DNA from: Candidatus Saccharimonadales bacterium
GTDB lineage: Bacteria; Patescibacteriota; Saccharimonadia; Saccharimonadales; UBA4665
DNA: 64,000 nt
Assembly (NCBI GenBank): GCA_038237095.1
Contig: JBBRZB010000001.1
Coordinates: 38,019-102,018 of the forward strand
Reading direction: 5' to 3'
In this document: positions 27,154 through 34,282 of the stretch, in pieces
Layout: each line of letters opens with the position of its first letter
How positions within the stretch are numbered: position 1 is the stretch's first letter
Program-made: the position numbers and the translations under genes
The notes under the pieces: model-generated
Seen by the model: the letters and a program-made list of their open reading frames with translations, nothing else
Databases searched by the model: none
What the model was told of the DNA's origin: nothing

Positions 27154-29282
27154 TGATGAGCAAATTAGGAGATTTTATTGTAAAACGACGATGGTGGATC
27201 GTGGCTGTCTGGGTCATTGCCGCCATATTAATCGTTAGTCTATCGCCTAAGTTGAGCAGCATTGAAAGTGACGATCAAAGTAGTTTCTTGCCCAAAACCT
27301 ATGAATCAGTTCAAGCCGGTGACATTGCTAAAAAAGTTTCCGCTCACAGCACCGCTCCAACTGACGTTATCGTATTCAAGAACAGTTCTGGCGCTGCTCT
27401 AAGCACCGACGACCAAGTAAAAATCACACATATTGTAACTACGTTAAATAATGAAAAAATGGCTCATATAATTAGTGTGAGCTCAAGTTCACAGCAACTT
27501 GCACCCGATCAAAAAACGCAACTCGGCGCTGTTGTTTACACTGGTAACGGACAAGACAAGGCTTCCATAAACGCGGTTAAGACGGTGCGCCAAGCATTGG
27601 CCAAGCAGGTTGCTGGCACGAGTTTGACGGCGGGTTTAACTGGCGGCCAATCAATTGGCTATGACACGCAGGACTCCGCGAATCGCGCTTTGCAAATAGT
27701 TAGTATTGGCACTATTTTGCTGGTGCTCGTCTTGCCAGCGTTTATTTTCCGCAGCCCATTAGCCGGCTTATTCCCAGTAATCGCGGTCAGTATTGTGTAT
27801 ACCATTTCTAGCTCATTGATTGCCGACGCGGGCCATTTATTTGGTTTCCATGTTTCTCAGCAGCTAAGTATATTGTTCACAGTTGTACTGTTTGGTATTG
27901 GCACGGATTATATATTGTTCCTGTTCTTCAGATATCGCGAACGATTGCGTAGCGGGGACCATACCCGTGGCGCTGTGTCATTTGCTTTGAGCCGTGCGGG
28001 AGAAGCAATTCTATCAGCTGCGCTAGTAGTTTTGACCTCGTTCGCGGCACTATTCTTTGCTAAGTTTGGTATCTTTTCATCGCTCGCACCAGGTCTTGTT
28101 ATCTGTGTGGCGGTTATGATGCTCGCGGCACTAACGCTGGTGCCTGCATTGTTGGCAATCATTGGCGAAAAAGTATTTTGGCCAAGTAAGGCTTGGATGA
28201 TTAAGGCCGAGAAGCCAACCATTTCAAAGAAAATTGGCGGTTTGATTGCGCGCCGCCCCGGAATTGTCACGGCCACGGTCATAATATTCTTGGTTGTGCT
28301 TGCAGCGTTTAGCACGACATTTAAATCAGACTTTAGTTCGTTTAGCCAGCCACCAAAGGGTACTCCCTCTGCCGCAGCCTATAACCAGCTAACGGCCGCC
28401 TACCCAGCCGGAACGCTTAACCCAACGCAGGTGTATGTGAAGAGTACAGCAACCCTTACTGCTAAGGATTTACAACCACTGTCCGACAAGCTCCGACAAA
28501 CCGACGGTGTATCGGCTGTTTTGCCACCGGTCATTGTAGCTGACGGCAAGACGGCAGAACTAACTGTTATTTTGAAGAGTGACGCGTACAGCGCGGCTGC
28601 AATTAATGACATCGCGGGGCCGATTCGTGAGGCTGCGCATACGTTTGATACTTCCACTAACACAGTCTATGTCGGTGGTGTAACATCCATTTTTGCCGAT
28701 GTAAAAAACGTGACTAATCGTGACTTGCGGGTTATTTTCCCAATCGCCGCGTTGTTCATCTTCATCATTCTTGCTGTACTGCTTCGAAGTCTTGTGGCGC
28801 CACTGGTATTGTTGCTTTGCGTGAGCTTAGGATACGCTGCCACGTTGGGTGCTACGACGCTAATATTCCAGACAATTGGCGGCAGCAGCGGCATCATTTC
28901 GTTCATTCCGTTGTTTATGTACATTTTCGTGGTGGCGATTGGTACGGACTATAACATTCTGACAATAACTAGATTACGTGAAGAGGTTAGGGAAGGTCAT
29001 TCACCGCGAAAAGCGGCTGATCTAACTGTTGAGCACAGTAGTGCCACCGTTGCCGCAGCTGGCTTAATCCTGGCTGCAACTTTTGGCTCGATGATGCTTG
29101 GTGGCCTTACATTCCTAACCCAAATGGGCGCCGCGATCGCCATAGGCGTGTCGCTAGCCGCATTTGTCATCGCGCCATTCCTCATCCCGAGTCTATCGGC
29201 AGTTATTGGCTATAAAATTTGGTGGCCGGGTCACCGTGCTGCACCAATCAAGGTTAAAGCTAACATCAAGGGTAAAAAGTAG
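27153..29282 (+). CDS. MMPL-family (RND superfamily) membrane transporter
   Basis: Two 6-TM bundles, each with a GTDYILF/GTDYNIL motif, plus large extracytoplasmic loops. The start overlaps the marR stop (TAATG). Confidence 0.85.
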   Translation: MMSKLGDFIVKRRWWIVAVWVIAAILIVSLSPKLSSIESDDQSSFLPKTYESVQAGDIAKKVSAHSTAPTDVIVFKNSSGAALSTDDQVKITHIVTTLNNEKMAHIISVSSSSQQLAPDQKTQLGAVVYTGNGQDKASINAVKTVRQALAKQVAGTSLTAGLTGGQSIGYDTQDSANRALQIVSIGTILLVLVLPAFIFRSPLAGLFPVIAVSIVYTISSSLIADAGHLFGFHVSQQLSILFTVVLFGIGTDYILFLFFRYRERLRSGDHTRGAVSFALSRAGEAILSAALVVLTSFAALFFAKFGIFSSLAPGLVICVAVMMLAALTLVPALLAIIGEKVFWPSKAWMIKAEKPTISKKIGGLIARRPGIVTATVIIFLVVLAAFSTTFKSDFSSFSQPPKGTPSAAAYNQLTAAYPAGTLNPTQVYVKSTATLTAKDLQPLSDKLRQTDGVSAVLPPVIVADGKTAELTVILKSDAYSAAAINDIAGPIREAAHTFDTSTNTVYVGGVTSIFADVKNVTNRDLRVIFPIAALFIFIILAVLLRSLVAPLVLLLCVSLGYAATLGATTLIFQTIGGSSGIISFIPLFMYIFVVAIGTDYNILTITRLREEVREGHSPRKAADLTVEHSSATVAAAGLILAATFGSMMLGGLTFLTQMGAAIAIGVSLAAFVIAPFLIPSLSAVIGYKIWWPGHRAAPIKVKANIKGKK

Positions 29283-29346
29283 CTATTATTTTCAGCGAGA
29301 CACTATACAATAACAAGTAATTGATAATTCAAAAGGGAGACCGATT

Positions 29347-30825
29347 GTGGCGGCAAAGAAAAATGGGAATGGTGGGACAAATCACTGGTTAATACTGATT
29401 CTATTGGCCTTGGCACAGTTCATGGTTATTTTAGATGTCTCAATCGTCAATGTGGCATTGCCCGCGATACAAAATAACTTCCACATGAGCCAGACCAGCC
29501 TACAGTGGATTGTCACGGCCTACACCTTGGCTTTCGGTGGATTCTTGCTTCTTGGCGGTCGAGCCGCCGATTTATTCGGTCGGCGTCGCATGTTCTTGAT
29601 TGGTGTGTTCTTGTTTACACTCGCTTCGCTTGCCGACGGCTTGGCCCAAACAGGTGGCATGCTCATCGTGTTCCGTGGGCTACAGGGCTTATCAGCAGCG
29701 ATTATGTCGCCGGCTGCTCTTTCAATTGTGCTTGTGACCTATCGGGAAGGTCATGAACGAAACGTCGCTCTATCTGTTTGGGGTGCTGTCGCCGCTGGTG
29801 GAGCTGCTGTAGGCGTGTTGCTAGGCGGCATTCTGACGCAGTATTTGGGTTGGCGCTGGAACTTCTTCGTGAACGTTCCTGTGGGTATTGGTGTATTCAT
29901 TGCTGCGACTCGCCTTCTTGATAAACATGAAAGTACCGTCGAGCATAATAATCTCGATTTGCCTGGTGCCGTACTGGCGACTGGTGGTCTCATGACTCTT
30001 GTATACGCGCTCGTGAAGGCACCCTCGAACGGCTGGCTTTCAACGACATCACTGGTTCTTTTCACGATTTCCGCTGTCGCACTAATAGGCTTCATAATTA
30101 ATGAAGGACGAGCCAAGCACCCATTGATGCCGCTACACATTTTCAAGATTCGTAACCTTTCTGGTGCGAATGGCGTGATGTTGTGCATGGCCGCTGGATT
30201 ATTCGCAGTCTTCTTCTTCACGACGCTCTATTTGCAGTTAGTATTGCACTATTCACCCGTGAAAACTGGGTTTAGTTTCTTGGTAGTACCGGTTTGTATC
30301 GCGATCACCGCTACTAATGTGCCACGGGTTATTCAAAAGATTGGTTATCGACCTATTCTTATCGTCGCGCCATTGTTGCTTACTGTGGGGCTGTTCATGC
30401 TTTCGCACATTCCAGTTAACGGTACGTTTTGGGGCAATGTCGCTCCGGGCATGATTGTCATGGCCTTTGGTATGGGCGCGACTTTCGTGAGCGCTACTAT
30501 CGCTGCAACTTCTGGTGTGCCACACGAGGAGTCTGGCTTGGCCTCAGGTATCTTAAATACTTCGCAACAGATTGGTGGTGCAATAGGACTCGCGGTACTG
30601 ACTGGTATTGCCGCCTCAACTTCGACGGCCTTCATTCACAGTCTCAATTTACAGATGCCACCAACCCCTGCAATTATTGCTGCCGCGACGGTGCACGGTT
30701 TCCAGCGTGGATACTTGATTGCGTCAACGTTTGGTATTGTTGCGTCACTCATCGCCGTCTTTGTCATCAAACAGAAAAAGGGCGAGAAAGTAGCGGTCGA
30801 CATGGAAGCTATGGCTGGCGCATAA
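29347..30825 (+). CDS. MFS transporter, DHA2 (EmrB/QacA-like, 14-TM)
   Basis: Motifs LDVSIVNVALPAI and GGRAADLFGRRRMF (MFS motif A). 492 aa with about 14 hydrophobic segments. GTG start after aaggga. Confidence 0.88.
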   Translation: MAAKKNGNGGTNHWLILILLALAQFMVILDVSIVNVALPAIQNNFHMSQTSLQWIVTAYTLAFGGFLLLGGRAADLFGRRRMFLIGVFLFTLASLADGLAQTGGMLIVFRGLQGLSAAIMSPAALSIVLVTYREGHERNVALSVWGAVAAGGAAVGVLLGGILTQYLGWRWNFFVNVPVGIGVFIAATRLLDKHESTVEHNNLDLPGAVLATGGLMTLVYALVKAPSNGWLSTTSLVLFTISAVALIGFIINEGRAKHPLMPLHIFKIRNLSGANGVMLCMAAGLFAVFFFTTLYLQLVLHYSPVKTGFSFLVVPVCIAITATNVPRVIQKIGYRPILIVAPLLLTVGLFMLSHIPVNGTFWGNVAPGMIVMAFGMGATFVSATIAATSGVPHEESGLASGILNTSQQIGGAIGLAVLTGIAASTSTAFIHSLNLQMPPTPAIIAAATVHGFQRGYLIASTFGIVASLIAVFVIKQKKGEKVAVDMEAMAGA

Positions 30826-30859
30826 AGCTGGTTATACTTCTCAAGGATTGAATACTTTT

Positions 30860-30885
30860 GTGGCCGGCATTTGTCGGCCACTTTT
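30860..30885 (+). terminator. intrinsic terminator after the MFS gene
   Basis: GTGGCCG-gcatttgt-CGGCCAC followed by TTTT. Confidence 0.7.
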
Positions 30886-30934
30886 CATGCTTGAACTAGT
30901 AACGCATATACAGCGATGATACTGCTCATGCTTT

Positions 30935-30943
30935 TGCTATACT
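30935..30943 (+). promoter_or_regulatory. extended -10 element upstream of cassette 1
   Basis: TGcTATACT, with the ATG at 30954 only 10 nt downstream. Confidence 0.4.
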
Positions 30944-30953
30944 TATCAGTAAG

Positions 30954-31481
30954 ATGAGCCAAACAGCGTCCAGCCAATCGGATAAAGTTACGGTTAGTGG
31001 CGAGCACGAACCAAACGTCACTAATACGGCTGCCTCACAGCGCCCGCAGCTACTCTATGTTGGTGTCGTTTTTCTAATTGCCATTGGTATGCTTGTCGGT
31101 ATTTTGTATTCACAGAACCACAAAAAGAAGCCACAAACTGTGACAGCGGTGTGCTCGAGCACATTTATAAAACAATCAAATTCAATACTCCAACAACCTG
31201 ACACTGATAATCTCGGTAGGCTAGCGAATACCGTCGAGGCCACTAAGAATTATGCTCAGGATCCCAACTGCCTATATATTGTGACATTGTATTATGCGGC
31301 AATTGGAGACAAGACGCAGGCTGCCAGTTCACTTAAAGCCACGAAAGCCGTGTATAACGCGAACACTGGTTTTAGCACCAGTTTCAGCCCACCAGCGAGC
31401 CTCACTTATCTCGAAAGCGTCGTCCATGCGGCACTCACAACCACTGACAATATGCAGAGCACTGTGGAGTCACAGCTATGA
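30954..31481 (+). CDS. single-pass membrane protein, cassette 1 small subunit
   Basis: Polar N-tail, one TM helix (LLYVGVVFLIAIGMLVGILY), then a helical Ala/Thr-rich ectodomain. The stop overlaps the next start (ATGA). Confidence 0.6.
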   Translation: MSQTASSQSDKVTVSGEHEPNVTNTAASQRPQLLYVGVVFLIAIGMLVGILYSQNHKKKPQTVTAVCSSTFIKQSNSILQQPDTDNLGRLANTVEATKNYAQDPNCLYIVTLYYAAIGDKTQAASSLKATKAVYNANTGFSTSFSPPASLTYLESVVHAALTTTDNMQSTVESQL

Positions 31482-33631
31482 TGAGATATCAAGGATTACC
31501 CCATATCAAACCTCAGGTGGGCTTTTTCATAATCTTTGCTCTAGGTCTATTCGGCCTGCTACTTCAAGCGCCTGCTGCTTCTGCTGTTGCCAAAACTGCT
31601 GGCTATTTGAACGCTAATATTCCTCCATCTGGTTCACCAGCATCGACGATCAACACGGTTGTGGGTCTTGAGAACCAGTGCACGAGTGAACTTAACACTG
31701 CACGCAGCGGCGGTGGTAGCGCTCGCAACATTGTTAATGCCGCGGCTTATGTTCAGACCACATGGCTCAGTCAGCGTAGTGACCCAACTAATAGTTTGAG
31801 TACGACAATTTCACCTGGTACCTCGGCAATAAATATGCAAATCAACGAGTATGATTTCTTATGCGCTATTGTGACGCAGCCGGCATCAGGCTCAACGTTT
31901 CCAATAGCAACCAGCCAAGTAACTGCGGGTAGATATCCCAATGAACGACCCCCAGTGCCAGACACTGTAGGCAGCATTAACGCGGCTTCGCGCTACGAGA
32001 CAAACGATCGCATTGATTCCATTACTGTTCCGCCAGGAAGCGGTTCGATTGTTTTTGTTCCTAAAACGCTGGGCTATAAGCGCGACAATGCCAGTCGTTA
32101 TTGGTTTGCAGCGCCAGTCGATTTTATTTACAAAACACCGACGCCTTTAGCACCATCAACGAGCTACACAGTCACGGTGAGTGTGAAATTTCGTGACATC
32201 GCTACCTACCATGACTATGGCCCGACACCTGACGTTGCTAATTGTTCTACACCGGGAAAAAGGTCATGTAGCCGCTGTTCTTTGCCAGATGGCACGGGTA
32301 TAGATGTAGCCTACAATAATTTCAATGCGTGTGGGCAGCAAACCGTAACTCGAACTTTTACATTCAAAACATCTGGTCCGCCACCGAGTTGTTCACCAGG
32401 CAGCCCCGATGTTGGCACGTTCATTCAGCCAGGGGACAGCGCTTCTTTACGACTCAGTGTTTCAAAAGCCCAACCGACTCCTCAAGACGTAACATACTCG
32501 ATTACCAATTCAATCACTGGTGTCGTGACAACTGGCATCGCGCATTTGCCGGCTAATAGCACCACGACGTCGCCAGCCGTTTCTTTGCCACCGTTTAGTT
32601 CGGCTGGAACGTACTCAATTACTTGGACAGTGCCGAACTTGTCGGGGGAGTGTAAGGGGACGATTAATGTCGTCGATTTACCGTACTTTAATGTCTATGG
32701 CTCGGGGGTGCGATCGGGCGGTGATTTCCCGAGTAGCTGTAGTGGTAACGGAGTTCTCGCCAGCTGGTTTGATAACAATTCAGGGCACATGTATGGCTCA
32801 AGCACCGGCTTAAACGCCATCGCCATGGTTAATATTGTTGGTTTTGCCTCCAATCAAACAGCTCGTGGTAGTCCGACTCGTCTAACATTCGCGAATACGG
32901 CAGGTGTCAGCGGCGTAGGCATTAGCCCTAATTTGGGGGGAAGTTTTGATACTGGCGGATCGTATTGTTTTGACGACCCAGCTGAACCAACTGGTGCAAC
33001 CGATCCTGGTGCGAGCATGTCAGTTGTTGGCCAAACGGGTGTGCGCCATCGCGGTACTGCTAGCGCACCTAGCTCGCTGCGAATTACGGGCGGCGTCATT
33101 AAAAAAGCTCAAAATCTCAGCGTCTTTGTGAATGGTGATGTTTATATCAGTGGAGATGGCATCAGCTACGATGACTCAACGTGGACAAGCGCAGCCGACA
33201 TTCCATCATTTGTGTTAGTTGCAACAGGCAACATATACATTGATGCGGGTGTGACGCAGCTTGATGGCGTCTACATTGCCAAACACACTGCCTCCGGCAC
33301 GGGTGGTCAGATTTACACCTGCGCTGATGACTTAGGCGTACTGTACAAATCGGGCGATATGTACAATCAGTGCAATCAGCAGCTTACAATACACGGAGTT
33401 TTTGAAGCAGATCGAGTGAATCTAATGCGCACTTTTGGAACGCTCAAGGATGGCGCTTCGGCGGCTCCTTCGAGTTGTACTGATGGTGGCGCGCCAAATG
33501 ATCGCAAGACTTGTTCAGCCGAAGTTTTCGATTTTAGCCCCGAGCTTTATCTCTCCAAGCCCAATATTAAATCTACGAGTAGCAGCGCGGTACGCTATGA
33601 CGCAATAGTTAGTCTGCCCCCGATCCTATAA
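31478..33631 (+). CDS. large secreted protein, cassette 1 (unique N-region + shared C-terminal domain)
   Basis: Signal-peptide-like N-terminus (..LLLQAPAASA|VAK). 717 aa. The C-terminal 326 aa are paralogous to 35908-36888. Confidence 0.75.
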   Translation: MMRYQGLPHIKPQVGFFIIFALGLFGLLLQAPAASAVAKTAGYLNANIPPSGSPASTINTVVGLENQCTSELNTARSGGGSARNIVNAAAYVQTTWLSQRSDPTNSLSTTISPGTSAINMQINEYDFLCAIVTQPASGSTFPIATSQVTAGRYPNERPPVPDTVGSINAASRYETNDRIDSITVPPGSGSIVFVPKTLGYKRDNASRYWFAAPVDFIYKTPTPLAPSTSYTVTVSVKFRDIATYHDYGPTPDVANCSTPGKRSCSRCSLPDGTGIDVAYNNFNACGQQTVTRTFTFKTSGPPPSCSPGSPDVGTFIQPGDSASLRLSVSKAQPTPQDVTYSITNSITGVVTTGIAHLPANSTTTSPAVSLPPFSSAGTYSITWTVPNLSGECKGTINVVDLPYFNVYGSGVRSGGDFPSSCSGNGVLASWFDNNSGHMYGSSTGLNAIAMVNIVGFASNQTARGSPTRLTFANTAGVSGVGISPNLGGSFDTGGSYCFDDPAEPTGATDPGASMSVVGQTGVRHRGTASAPSSLRITGGVIKKAQNLSVFVNGDVYISGDGISYDDSTWTSAADIPSFVLVATGNIYIDAGVTQLDGVYIAKHTASGTGGQIYTCADDLGVLYKSGDMYNQCNQQLTIHGVFEADRVNLMRTFGTLKDGASAAPSSCTDGGAPNDRKTCSAEVFDFSPELYLSKPNIKSTSSSAVRYDAIVSLPPIL
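32651..33628 (+). repeat. paralogous C-terminal domain, copy 1
   Basis: Long identical peptide runs shared with copy 2: FNVYGSGVRSGG, HMYGSSTGLNAIAMVNIVGFAS, DIPSFV, VATGNIYID, SGDMYNQCN, RVNLMRTFGTLKD, CSAEVFDFSPELYLSKPNIKS. Confidence 0.9.
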
Positions 33632-33671
33632 GCTTATCGAGGGTGTAGCTCTTTATATCTTGCACCGTTAA

Positions 33672-33687
33672 TGCTTTAATTAAAGCA
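33672..33687. promoter_or_regulatory. perfect 16-bp palindrome between the two cassettes
   Basis: TGCTTTAATTAAAGCA, 17 nt upstream of the cassette-2 ATG. Confidence 0.4.
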
Positions 33688-33703
33688 GAAGCGAATTACG
33701 TAT

Positions 33704-34282
33704 ATGAGCGGTGAAGAAAAAATAGCAAAAATTGCCGACAACGAGAGTGTAGTTGTGGCCGAAACGGGTTCTAAATCCAAGCCCTCTAAAAAGAAGGTTA
33801 TTGGACTAAGCTTAACGGTTCTAGTTTTATTGGTTCTAGGCGGCGCGGCCTATGCATTAGCTTCTTCTAAATCCAGCCCCAAGGTTAAAGTTACGATTGA
33901 TCCGCATAAGAGTGTTTCGGCTCAAGTAGCCAATCTAAGTAGTAGCGAAACCAAGTCACTTGCGCAAAGCAACGTAAATGCCAGTAAAGATCCAAATGCC
34001 GCCTATGCTAAGGCAGTCGCACAGAATCAAACCGGTGATTCCAAAGCAGCTGTCGTGACCTTTAAAGCCGTAACGGCAACGGGCGCTGTAAATTACATGG
34101 TCTATAACGACTATGCGCTGGCCGCGGCTTCAACCGGTGATTTAAAATTAGCAATTCAGAATATGCAGAAAGCAATCGATACACTTAATAATGACAAAAC
34201 GGTTTCCGCGGGTCTAAAGACTTCCGAAACGACTCGTATGCAAAACAAGCTTGATTGGTTTAAACTGGAGGCTCAATCGTGA
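33704..34282 (+). CDS. single-pass membrane protein, cassette 2 small subunit
   Basis: Lys-rich N-tail, one TM helix (VIGLSLTVLVLLVLGGAAYALA), then a helical Ala-rich ectodomain. The stop overlaps the next start (GTGA). Confidence 0.6.
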   Translation: MSGEEKIAKIADNESVVVAETGSKSKPSKKKVIGLSLTVLVLLVLGGAAYALASSKSSPKVKVTIDPHKSVSAQVANLSSSETKSLAQSNVNASKDPNAAYAKAVAQNQTGDSKAAVVTFKAVTATGAVNYMVYNDYALAAASTGDLKLAIQNMQKAIDTLNNDKTVSAGLKTSETTRMQNKLDWFKLEAQS

